Assembly (NCBI GenBank): GCA_965644295.1
Contig: CBFFRP010000314.1
Coordinates: 62,001 to 126,000 of the forward strand
Direction of reading: 5' to 3'
Length of the DNA stretch: 64,000 nucleotides
Source: Paraphysomonas bandaiensis
Taxonomy: Eukaryota > Protista > Chrysophyceae
Positions within the stretch are counted from its first letter, which is position 1; every line of letters begins with the position of its first letter. The translations under genes were made by a program, and so were the position numbers. This document shows positions 1 through 10,100 of this stretch, piece by piece. The notes below the pieces were generated by a model. The model did not search any database. It had not been told where the DNA came from and saw nothing but the letters and a program-made list of their open reading frames with translations.

Positions 1-52
1 CTCTTAATTCATTTAACTTAGAGTTTATAAGTATAACATGAACAGACTACCA

Positions 53-345
53 TAACAGAAGTTGACATTATTTGCTAAGGTTTACTATTCTCAACTGATA
101 AGATGAAATTATAAACATTACATGATAAAGAACCTAAGTTGTGTTCGATGTGTTCAACACCATTCATTTACTACTATAGTGTACAAACCACACACTCAGT
201 GATCGTATCCTGTATAGTCATCCACTTCTACTTCAGTTTCATACTACACAATATAATGTACTAATTACATATATATCTTTCGATCCTTGCATCTCACATA
301 ATACTGCACTCAATTGCAAGTATATAGAATCTTCAGATCTCAACA
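53..345 (-). repeat. 3' LTR (293 bp)
   Basis: Matches 5051-5343. On the minus strand it begins TGTTG directly after the polypurine tract (plus-strand ctccccctcaa, 346-356). Confidence 0.95.
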
Positions 346-468
346 CTCCCCCTCAATTGAGTGTTGTACTATGACGCCTCCCAGCTATTGAATGCCTGAG
401 ATAAAAAATTCTTGACAGTAAAATAGACTCATCTCTAAGTCTAAACCTCTGTCTAAAAAACTCAGTAC

Positions 469-2862
469 CTACTTGCGCCTTCTTTTATCCCTTGGTCCCT
501 CATTAATCACTTCAGTGGAACTCTTAGCTTTCTCTCCAAGATTTCTCTTTCTCTGCTCCATATATGATAAACCAACCAATGACTTTGTATAAATATCTGC
601 TGCTTGTTGCGATGTATGCACATGCACTAACTTAATCGTATTGAACTGATTGGGATCCACGTGCTCTCTCACCATGTGATACTTAATCTCAATGTGCTTC
701 GACTTCTTGTGAAACACTGGGTTTTCGGCCAAATCCTGGGCACTCTGACTGTCGATGAAGAATGGTGTGGGTTTGATGAGCCTCAACTTAATCTCACCCG
801 TCACCCCCCGAACCCATAGCACTTCTTGGAGACCCGAGTAAATACACTGATACTCAGACTGCATGCTTGACGTTGCCACTGTCGTCTGCAGTTTGGACTG
901 CCAGACTATAGGCCCTCCCGCTGCAAACCCAACGTACCCCGACGTGGACTTCCTGGAGAGCTGGTCTCCCGCCCAATCCGCGTCAGTAAACATATGGAAG
1001 TCGAACCGTCTACTCCCATATTGAATCCCTTTGTCAATAGAACCACGAATATATTGCCATACGTGTGTTAATAGCTTGCATACTTCAATATTCACCTTAT
1101 TACTGACCCGAGACAGTACTCCCACTGCATAGGCAATATCCGGCCTCGTGTTCATCGAGAGATATAGTAATGCACCTATCAGCGGCCGATATGGGAAGTT
1201 ATCTACTATAAGCTGTTCCTCCTCGGTATGCTCATGCCGTGCCCCTTGTGCCACTAAATCCATTGCTTCCGCCGGTAGAGGACTCTTCCGTACCTTTCGC
1301 GGTGACCCAAGATACTTTTCAAACTTTTCTAAGATCTTAGCCGCATATACTGATTGGTCAAGACGAATATACTCTGGCGTTCTTGTGACTCGAACATTCA
1401 GAAAATGTTCCATCTCGCCCATATCCTTCATATCAAACCGGGCACACAGTTGAGCTTTAATATCCTTCACTATGTTGACATCACGACCTAACACTAGGAT
1501 ATCATCCACATATATCGTTAATAATATCAATTCATCGCCCTTATACTGATAATACAAACATGGGTCTAATACACATGGTTTAAAATGCATAGATCGTATG
1601 AATTTATCCAATGTTTTCCACCACGACCGCGGGGAACTCCGAAGCCCGTATAACGACTTCTTCAACTTAAAGCAGTACCCCTCAGGCAGCTGAAAGTCCG
1701 GAGTTGCCTTCATATATACATCCCCCTCTATATCTGCATATAGAAATGCGTTAGACACATCCAGTTGATGAATTACCATGTTCATCACGAAAGCTATGGC
1801 GATTAACAGTCGCACTGTTACCCCCTTAACAACGGGTGCGAAATGGTTCGCCCAACCACTCGACTGCTGTCCACAACCGATTGCTACAAGACGAGCCTTA
1901 TATCGGCGGACCTCTCCCTCCTTATCGTACTTCTTTCCATAGACGTACTTGGAGTGCAGTGGGACGACTCCGTCCGGTATACGAGTCACCTCCATGGTAT
2001 CTCGCTTCGCCAAACCCTCTCGCTCTACACGGCGAGCTCGTCTCCACTCCCTGTGCTCGGCACTCTCCAAGGACTCACGATGTGTCTGAGGCACTGTCGA
2101 CTCTTCCGCTGACATCCACACTGAGTCTGCCTCCTGTAAAAGGTCACTCACATCACTCTCATCACTCAAATGATGGATTTGTCCTAACACCGACACATTC
2201 GTTACCGTCCTTGGAGTTCTTGCGCGTTTGCCGTGCGGATGATTCTCGGCAGGGGTCCCTTCCCCCGAAGGTAATGCTGAGTCAGCCTGGGGCTGCACCT
2301 GCCCACTTTCCGACTGCTGTGGCACCACTCCGCTGATACCGCCGTCACGGTTGTCAGTAACTCTGGCCCTAACCACCCTCTGCGCAAGATCCTCTGTCAT
2401 CTTCTTGATGTCAGCAATATGAATAGGAGTTTTATCCTCCACTTGAACCTGGTTACCAGTAACCAACGACCGGTATCCCACAATAAGTCCCTTCCTTATC
2501 ACCACTCTGTTAGTCTTGTATAGCAGACCACCATCCTCATGGTGCTTTCCGATAAGATACTCAAACTCACCCGGTTGACGAGCCTCGGGATCTATAGCCA
2601 CTTGAGCCTCCTCCAGCTCTCTATAATAATCCTGAGACCTCTCAGGTACCGATTCATCAAATAATACATGTACAGAGTGTACTACGGTGTCCCCCACTAG
2701 CACCTTGTATCCTTTTCGATCAGCTGGATACCCTATGAAATAACCTGTCATTGCTTTGTCCTCCCAGTCCTTCCTCCTGTCGGCCTTGGGTGTTAGCACA
2801 TATGCTTTGCACCCCCATTTCCGTAGCCACGATAGGCTGGGAACGCTCCCCCTGGGACACAC
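469..2862 (-). CDS. Copia integrase C-terminus, reverse transcriptase and RNase H (3' part, frameshifted relative to the upstream ORF)
   Basis: WGCKAYV...GYFIGY, YKARLVA, QLDVSNAFL, LKKSLYGL, YVDD, FTDADWAGD, KHIEIKYH. Confidence 0.95.
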   Translation of the reverse strand: MCPRGSVPSLSWLRKWGCKAYVLTPKADRRKDWEDKAMTGYFIGYPADRKGYKVLVGDTVVHSVHVLFDESVPERSQDYYRELEEAQVAIDPEARQPGEFEYLIGKHHEDGGLLYKTNRVVIRKGLIVGYRSLVTGNQVQVEDKTPIHIADIKKMTEDLAQRVVRARVTDNRDGGISGVVPQQSESGQVQPQADSALPSGEGTPAENHPHGKRARTPRTVTNVSVLGQIHHLSDESDVSDLLQEADSVWMSAEESTVPQTHRESLESAEHREWRRARRVEREGLAKRDTMEVTRIPDGVVPLHSKYVYGKKYDKEGEVRRYKARLVAIGCGQQSSGWANHFAPVVKGVTVRLLIAIAFVMNMVIHQLDVSNAFLYADIEGDVYMKATPDFQLPEGYCFKLKKSLYGLRSSPRSWWKTLDKFIRSMHFKPCVLDPCLYYQYKGDELILLTIYVDDILVLGRDVNIVKDIKAQLCARFDMKDMGEMEHFLNVRVTRTPEYIRLDQSVYAAKILEKFEKYLGSPRKVRKSPLPAEAMDLVAQGARHEHTEEEQLIVDNFPYRPLIGALLYLSMNTRPDIAYAVGVLSRVSNKVNIEVCKLLTHVWQYIRGSIDKGIQYGSRRFDFHMFTDADWAGDQLSRKSTSGYVGFAAGGPIVWQSKLQTTVATSSMQSEYQCIYSGLQEVLWVRGVTGEIKLRLIKPTPFFIDSQSAQDLAENPVFHKKSKHIEIKYHMVREHVDPNQFNTIKLVHVHTSQQAADIYTKSLVGLSYMEQRKRNLGEKAKSSTEVINEGPRDKRRRK

Positions 2863-5066
2863 TCATATGGAGACATCCATCCTTGCCACGTCCGAGTTGG
2901 CATTCGTCGCACAATGTAACATGCAGTTTGATAAGCATCAAACCAGAACGACTTTGGAAGTCCAGATGCCGTCAACATCGTCAGTGTCATCTCCCCAATT
3001 GTTCGGAATTTCCTCTCAGACACCGCGTTGAGCTCTGGCGTGTCTCGTGTTGTATGTGACACCCGAGTCCCATATCGCTGCAACAGATACTCTCTTATCT
3101 GCTGACTAATAAGTTCGGATCCTCCATCGGCATGATACTCCACTATACGGTTCCACCCCTCGTACTTCACTAAGTGGACCTCGCACAAGTGTCGTAGACA
3201 TTTGAACACCTCCTCTCCGCTTCGAGTCCTCAATCCATATTCCCATATCATCTTTGTTGCTAAGTCCGTAAATAGGAGTACGTACTTATACCCTTGTCTG
3301 GATTCACAATTTAGGTAGACTGAGATGTCCGCTGTCACTCGTTCCAGAAACCTGACTGCGCTTAGCTCTTCGTTGTCCCGTGATTTGAACGAATGCCTGG
3401 TTATCTTCGCCTTGGCACACCATTTACACAGGGGTTTCTTGCAACTCTTCTCCTTTGCCTTCGAAAGGTGATGTCGTTGTAGTCCTGATCCTCTGAATAA
3501 CATGTGTCGGTGAGCTTCTAATAACTTCGATTTCGAGACATGTCCAGTACGCTCATGTAAGCGATCCAACGCATCTTGTCCTGTATTATCCGACAAATTT
3601 ACCTCCTCCATCTGATTGCACATAGACACATTTGGCAGATTTAACACCTCCATCAAGTCCACATACGGCATTCCTCCATGCTCATCGTACTCTCCAGTCA
3701 ACACCTCGTTTCCAGAGTCCAATTCCACGATTTTAGGCTTTCGAAGCAGTTGTAATCCGTATCCCATTGATCTCAGCATTCCTCCTGACACAATGTTCTT
3801 CACCGCTTCTTCACTAACTCTGATGTCTCTCCATTCCCCAAATGTACCAGTTCCCTGTGTCTCCAATTGAGAACCCTTTCTAGTTAGTTGTATTGCCCCA
3901 AACTCAGGAGTAAATGACTCCAGTGCAACTTTATCCTTTACTATAAACAGTCTTTTACTTGCACAACTGTCCAGATATACACGAGGTTCTTCCGACGTAT
4001 CCACCGATAGCAAAACCTCTTCTCCAAACATATTCGCTTCATCATCCGACGACTCTCCGTCGTTGACGTATTTCTTCCATTCTGTCTCGAATTTCCTGTT
4101 CGATTTTCGAGGATTCTCATTATCCGGGTTTTTTATGTTCTTCCGTTTTTTCGACTTGCACTGTCGGGCTTTATGACTAAAATCTCCACAGATATGACAA
4201 CCAGTATAATCCTTTGATCCTGGCTGCTGCACACTCTTCGAAGCCTTTTCCTTCGTCTTCCCTTTTCTTTTGAACTTATCCATTTTTCTTTGTCGTTCCT
4301 TAGCATAACAATTCGCTGCTACATGTCCCTTCTTCCGACAAAATGAACAAACCACTGGCTCCTTCGACGCTGTAAAATTGATCTCTTCAGACTTGTCGCC
4401 CTTTAGTTTCTTCAGCTGCGTCATAGCCTCGTCATACTCTTCACAAGCCTCTTTCACCGAATCAAATGTAGTTGTTGCTTTAGGCATCATCGCTACCGAC
4501 ATCCATAAATCATGTAATTCCTCTATCTGCAGCGCTGCTTTTATCTTTGCTAATTTACTTGCCTCTGTCTGCGGTTGTCCCAATTTTATGAGCTTCTGGA
4601 TTATACCGTTCAGTCGATCTACCCCAACAGACACCTTTTCCCCCGGCCTTATTTTGAACGAATGGTATTCTGCCGTAGTCTTCTCCAATACAGTCCCAAT
4701 CTCGCCTCTGAACCTATCAACCAGTGTCTGAAGGAGCTCACTGGATAACACCTCCTTAGCAGGATCATCAGCAGGTAAAATTGCCTTCCCCTCCAAATAT
4801 TGATTGGCTACCTCCAACACATCAGGGTCATGCTCGCAAGCCTCCCAAATAGTACTAACACAGGTATCATTACGCTCTCTCCATGACTCTAAATTCCTTC
4901 CTCCGGCTGGCGGGTCCTCCAAGCCAAGATGGTTTCGGTTTTTCTTCATTAGATGCATCTTGATTTTTCTCGCTGAATAGTCTGCTTGGTTCTTGTCAAA
5001 CCGTAGCTTCTTGTCATCTTCCCCATCCCTACAACTAGCATTCGCTACCATAACAGAAGTTGACAT
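2793..5066 (-). CDS. Copia gag-protease-integrase ORF (5' part of the polyprotein)
   Basis: Two CCHC knuckles (CSFCRKKGHVAANC, CHICGDFSHKARQC), protease YLDSCAS, HHCC zinc finger (LHERTGH...CKWC) and DDE core (TADIS, HADGGSE, PELNAVSER). Confidence 0.93.
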   Translation of the reverse strand: MSTSVMVANASCRDGEDDKKLRFDKNQADYSARKIKMHLMKKNRNHLGLEDPPAGGRNLESWRERNDTCVSTIWEACEHDPDVLEVANQYLEGKAILPADDPAKEVLSSELLQTLVDRFRGEIGTVLEKTTAEYHSFKIRPGEKVSVGVDRLNGIIQKLIKLGQPQTEASKLAKIKAALQIEELHDLWMSVAMMPKATTTFDSVKEACEEYDEAMTQLKKLKGDKSEEINFTASKEPVVCSFCRKKGHVAANCYAKERQRKMDKFKRKGKTKEKASKSVQQPGSKDYTGCHICGDFSHKARQCKSKKRKNIKNPDNENPRKSNRKFETEWKKYVNDGESSDDEANMFGEEVLLSVDTSEEPRVYLDSCASKRLFIVKDKVALESFTPEFGAIQLTRKGSQLETQGTGTFGEWRDIRVSEEAVKNIVSGGMLRSMGYGLQLLRKPKIVELDSGNEVLTGEYDEHGGMPYVDLMEVLNLPNVSMCNQMEEVNLSDNTGQDALDRLHERTGHVSKSKLLEAHRHMLFRGSGLQRHHLSKAKEKSCKKPLCKWCAKAKITRHSFKSRDNEELSAVRFLERVTADISVYLNCESRQGYKYVLLFTDLATKMIWEYGLRTRSGEEVFKCLRHLCEVHLVKYEGWNRIVEYHADGGSELISQQIREYLLQRYGTRVSHTTRDTPELNAVSERKFRTIGEMTLTMLTASGLPKSFWFDAYQTACYIVRRMPTRTWQGWMSPYECVPGGAFPAYRGYGNGGAKHMC
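5040..5050 (-). other. Primer binding site, probably initiator tRNA-Met
   Basis: TGGTAGCGAAT immediately inside the 5' LTR, resembling the Ty1 PBS TGGTAGCGCC. Confidence 0.7.
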
Positions 5067-5343
5067 TATTTGCTAAGGTTTACTATTCTCAACTGATAAG
5101 ATGAAATTATAAACATTACATGATAAAGAACCTAAGTTGTGTTCGATGTGTTCAACACCATTCATTTACTACTATAGTGTACAAACCACACACTCAGTGA
5201 TCGTATCCTGTATAGTCATCCACTTCTACTTCAGTTTCATACTACACAATATAATGTACTAATTACATATATATCTTTCGATCCTTGCATCTCACATAAT
5301 ACTGCACTCAATTGCAAGTATATAGAATCTTCAGATCTCAACA
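5051..5343 (-). repeat. 5' LTR (293 bp)
   Basis: Matches 53-345. On the minus strand it runs TGTTG...TGTTA and is followed by the PBS. Confidence 0.95.
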
Positions 5344-5563
5344 TACCATGTTGCTTTGTTGAACTAATATTCTTTTTTAATTCTTGACTTTACTGTGTAC
5401 CTTGTAGTTGGCAGTACACTAATAATATAATAATCGAGTACGTAATAATATATGGTAGCTAAGCATACGAAAATATTGATACATAAAAAGAAATATTAAT
5501 ATATTACTCAGATATTTAACTAGTAACATTGTAACGACAGTTTTCCAGTATGTCGCGATAAGG

Positions 5564-6613
5564 TCACTCAAAGTTCCCTGTGCATCCCCACTTATTCGGT
5601 GTTTTGAAATCATACATGTGAATCCAAGTGTTAGCTGCATACTTGATACCTTTCACAACCGGTAGCGCCTCGTGTATAGTGCGGCTATCAATAGCAGATG
5701 GATCATCATTAAGCACACCTGGCCATATTAAGGCCTTGCCATTCGCAGGCTTAACTTCAATCCCTAGCAACGGGAACACTGTTTCTCCACCTTCCTCAAC
5801 ATCAGAAAGGTATAAAAACACTGTCAATATGCGCGTTCCACATATCAATGAATTCTGAGAAAATGAACTATCGTGGTGCACTTTGTACAGTTGCCCAGGT
5901 TCATATTTGAGCACCTGGAAGGCCTCGTAGTTCTCAGTCGTAATGCCAGTCAGCCGCTGAATTTTGCGCGTTATGTTTTGTACATCACTGTTTATCTCAC
6001 ACCCGCCCTTACACCACGCACTGTAGCTGGTTCTGTACTGAGATACTACATTAGCCACTTCGCCGTAGCTGTTGGTGTCTCCTCTATTAGTGGAACGCTG
6101 CCAGGAACTAACAGAACCCACAAGAGACGCAGTTTCCGTCGGCGTCAAAAAATTTTCTATTGAAAGTACCCAGGGCTTCTGTGAAAGCACTTTCACATCA
6201 CCGAACTGGTTGTTAGTATTGAGTACAATATTCTCGAACACGCTGTTCAGCTGTCCGGGAAGTAGTGCAGGGACGGTGGAAGTGTTCAACCTTGATTGCT
6301 GACATCTCACCTTAGCATCACGTAAATGACAAGCCTTACATCCAACTGGACAATACACAATCATCCAACCAGGGTTATTCTCACACTCACCCCTCTCAAC
6401 ATAAGCTTGACAGTTTTCATTGCGGTCGACACAAACATCTTCCAACGTGGCAACTCCGTCCCCTTTTCCACTCTTGAATACTGAAGACTGGTCAACAGGA
6501 GTAGCAATGCAGGTTGCATCCTCTTCGGTGCATACATAAGCAGTGGATACTACGAAACTAAGGTATAACGCCCAAATCGTAGCTTTACACAAGAGAGCCA
6601 GACAATAACTCAT
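5564..6613 (-). CDS. Prolyl 4-hydroxylase (2OG-Fe(II) oxygenase) with signal peptide and ShKT domain
   Basis: Hydrophobic N-terminus; ShK motif CVDRNENC...GECENNPGWMIVYCPVGCKAC; P4H motifs YKVHHD, GGETVFP, HEALPV..GIKYAANTW. Intronless. Confidence 0.92.
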   Translation of the reverse strand: MSYCLALLCKATIWALYLSFVVSTAYVCTEEDATCIATPVDQSSVFKSGKGDGVATLEDVCVDRNENCQAYVERGECENNPGWMIVYCPVGCKACHLRDAKVRCQQSRLNTSTVPALLPGQLNSVFENIVLNTNNQFGDVKVLSQKPWVLSIENFLTPTETASLVGSVSSWQRSTNRGDTNSYGEVANVVSQYRTSYSAWCKGGCEINSDVQNITRKIQRLTGITTENYEAFQVLKYEPGQLYKVHHDSSFSQNSLICGTRILTVFLYLSDVEEGGETVFPLLGIEVKPANGKALIWPGVLNDDPSAIDSRTIHEALPVVKGIKYAANTWIHMYDFKTPNKWGCTGNFE

Positions 6614-7115
6614 AACGCTCCAATCGCGAGCTCAGCTTCAGAAATAGATTTAAAACGTACTCCAATACACAATAATGCTACAAGGGGGATGCTCTTACAC
6701 ATATACGCCCTCTCTCACCTCTTCAAATAGCTCTGAGCAAAGACTATCTGCTTATCATACAATCAAACAGCCCGTAAATTCCATCTGACGTAACCCGTAC
6801 GTGAAGGTATAGAACATCCTGCTGTGCAAGTGAGTGCAGAGCAGAGTACAACAGTGTGCAGGTATGCTGCATGCGTACATCAAGTACAAGTAGAGTACTG
6901 CTGTATGTGCTGTATATGCTGTATATGCTGTATATGTGCTGTATGTGCTGTATATGCATTATTTTGAATTGAGCTCCATGTATGTGTCATATAAACACAA
7001 ACACCACCCGCCTATCCTCCAAGACAACAATTAACCACTACGAGTGGAGTCATAGTTGCTTCTTGACGTACTTCTCCATGAATCGCATCATCTGACTGGC
7101 GATCTTATCTGAAGG

Positions 7116-10100
7116 ATGGCTGAGGGTGAGATATCTGTATCCGCGTGCTGTGGCTCTTATATATGTGTATATCTACAGCAACAGAGAACGGCAACGGAGA
7201 TTCAGTGATTCTAGAAGAAGAAATAGACCCCAATTATGTTCCAGGTGAAGATGAAGTGCTGGAGTACGCTAAGTGGCTGGGGATGGACCTGGACAAGGAT
7301 GAGGATTTGTACTGGATTGCTCGTGAGGGACTCATGGTGAGAGAATGACTCGTTGCTGGTGATATATCTGTTGCATAACGTATAGTTACAGGCACCATTG
7401 CCAAAGAATTGGAAACCTTGCAAAACGAAAGGAACTGATGATATCTACTATTTCAACTTTGAAACAGGTTAATTATTTGTGGTAAATATGTTTGCCGTTC
7501 ATTTTTGTTGCCGAAAGGCGAAAGTACATGGGATCATCCCTGTGATGGATACTACAAACGTCTCTATGAAGAAGAGAAAAAGAAGAAAGAAGTGTCGTTA
7601 AAGGTATGATTCCACTCCCACTGTAAGATTTCGCAACCCTGTTAATGTTTTTGGTTTGTGTTCTTTGTCATAGGAGAGCGCTGATGAGAAGCGCACTAAG
7701 GCCAAGCAGGATGTGGAGCTGTTGTTGGGAAAGAGTGAGTCCTCGAAGAAGTCGTCGAAAAAGAAGAAGGGGCCTAAGGGTCTACCAGCTACTCCGGGTG
7801 TAGGGGCAGCTACATTGGGAGTTGAAGCGAAGTTGGGGGGGGCAATCGGAGGAAAGCTTTCTTCAATGCAGTCATCTGGAGCTCCGGCTGGTCTCGAGAA
7901 GAAGCCTTTACCAGGAATTATGCCTAAGGTTTGAAGCCTCATCGTGTTTGTTCAAACTTGCTGACGTCCTTTGTATTTCTTTAACGATGCAGCTATCGTT
8001 ATCTCAATCAGAGCCAAAGAACCTGTCTGCATTGGCTCCCATAGGTTCCGGTTCAATGCATTCATCATCATCTTCTGCACTAGGAGTAAGTTAAATTGTG
8101 CTTAAGTTGCAATGTATATCCCTTGTCCTATATTTAGTTCTTGTACCTTCTCAAACTGACTCTTACATTGCAAACAGAAAAAAGCACCGCTGCCAGCCCC
8201 AACGACAGTTGCCAAGACTTCTCTTCAATCCTCTTCAGATTTTAAATCTGCCCCTGAAGATAGTGATACCGACGACGACACTAGTGAACAGCTGGACGCC
8301 TTCCAGGCACGCATGAACCCGCCTTTAGATCGCTCAGATTCTCCCATTCATGAAACCAAGAAAAAGAAGTCCAAGAGCCAGTTCAGCTCGAGACTCAAGA
8401 ATGTGTTATCTGACTCAGAAGACATGTCTACTGTTGCAGATTCACCTGTGCCCATGGGAAAGACATCGGGGTAAGCGTCGTAGTGTATGGCATAGTATTC
8501 AATTATATGAGTCTAGTCTAATGACATTGTGTTACGAGTTGAATTGTCTCTCATTATCCCTTCAACTTGCAGTGAAGCCAAAATTGGCCAGTCCAGTGAT
8601 AGTGAGGGGCTGGTACGCCAATCGGACGATTCTTTTGCGCCGTCAGATAGAAAGACTGCCGCTCTATCCTCCCGACCATCTTCGGCTGACATTGACCTAG
8701 AGGGAGACCGGAAGCTGTTACAGGCGCAAAAGCGGGACCTTGCAGATCAACAGAGATCTCTCAGAGAGCAGATGCGGGCATTGGAAGCAGAGAGTAAAGA
8801 GCTTGAGGCCGAAAAGCGAACCTTATCGTCTAATCGAAAGAATTTTGAAGAGAATAAGTTGAAATATGAAGAAGAAGTGAGAAAGAAAAAAGAGGAAGCT
8901 GAAACGGCTCGACAGGACTACGAACAGAAGATGAAAGAGCTCAAGGAACAAAATCTACCGACGAAGGTAGATAGTGTTATATATAAAATTGTAATACGTT
9001 TAGACAAGAATCGGATAGAATGTCGCGTCTCATTTGCGTGTTTCGTTGTCCTGTGAAATATAATTTGATTGACACACGTTCAGGCATCGCACTCGGACTC
9101 CTCTGGTGTTGATGAGTTGAAAGACCGTCTCGCGAAGATGAAAGATGACATGGACGCACTCCGCCGCGATAACATATCTCTTACACAAGAAATCGAAAAA
9201 GGGAAGAAAACTTTGGATAGTGAAAAGAGCGTGAGTTGTCTCTGTTGTTTGTTGCTAATGGCTTGTTAAGTATGCCTGTAGTTGCGGTCAGCAAGCATAC
9301 GCGAATTCGATGAAAGCACCCGCTCGATGAAAGCTGAGCTGGCGAATGAAAAGCGGTAGCTATACACCTTCAGCCATCGTGAGTCTCTTTAACGCTATTC
9401 ATATATGTGCGTACAGCATTTCGGAAGAGAGGAGCATTGAAAACGCGAAACTTCAAGAGCAGTGTAAACGATACACGTCTCGAATAGAAGAGTTGGAGCG
9501 AGAGCTACTTACCTCCCGTAAGTCTGTTGTGGGAAGTTCAACTGACCCTTCCACTGCCGACATCATCCAGAAACTGGAGGCAGAGATTGGGGCACAGAAG
9601 CAGAAAGTGTTGGCGCTAGAGGTCGGGTTAACTGTGCTTGTTTATTGTATAAACTCACCGTGCGGTACACAGGATGACGTGGCGGCCTCCTCCGAAAGTG
9701 AAAAGCGACAAACCTTAAAGTTGAAGCAGATCATGACTGACCTGGAAGATGCACAGAATGAGTTATCATCCGTCAGGAGCGAGCTACGAGGCAAAGTCCG
9801 GGAGCTTGATGCGAAGCAAGGTAGTGATCAGTGATTTGTGATCTAGTTTTTTACCCGACATATGCAGACGATGTGGACCGTTTAAGTCGCGATGTTGAGT
9901 CGCTTAGGAAGCGGAACAGTGATCAGGAGGACGAATTAATTCGGGTTAGACAAACAGCCCAAAGGGCGGGGGAACTTCAATTTATTGTTGACTCCGAACG
10001 ACAAACTCACTCCAGACTTAAATCCGAATATGAAGCGCTGCAACAAGAATTCGATCGGCTGAGGTTGACTGAAAGCTCACGGACAGAGAAGGATGCCACA

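Larger units (their letters stand above)
53..5343 (-). mobile_element. Full-length Ty1/Copia LTR retrotransposon
   Basis: Direct repeats at 53-345 and 5051-5343 appear identical by eye. TSD TACCA at 48-52 and 5344-5348. PBS TGGTAGCG lies next to the 5' LTR and PPT TTGAGGGGGAG next to the 3' LTR. Domain order is gag-PR-IN-RT-RH, the Copia order. Confidence 0.97.

Noticed and set aside
47-52. LTR extending to position 47 (shared ctacca)
   Set aside because: That boundary gives no TSD and would place the PBS inside the LTR. The boundary at 53 gives a perfect TACCA TSD.
1148-4731. Plus-strand ORFs inside the retrotransposon
   Set aside because: They are antisense shadows of gag-pol with no recognisable motifs.
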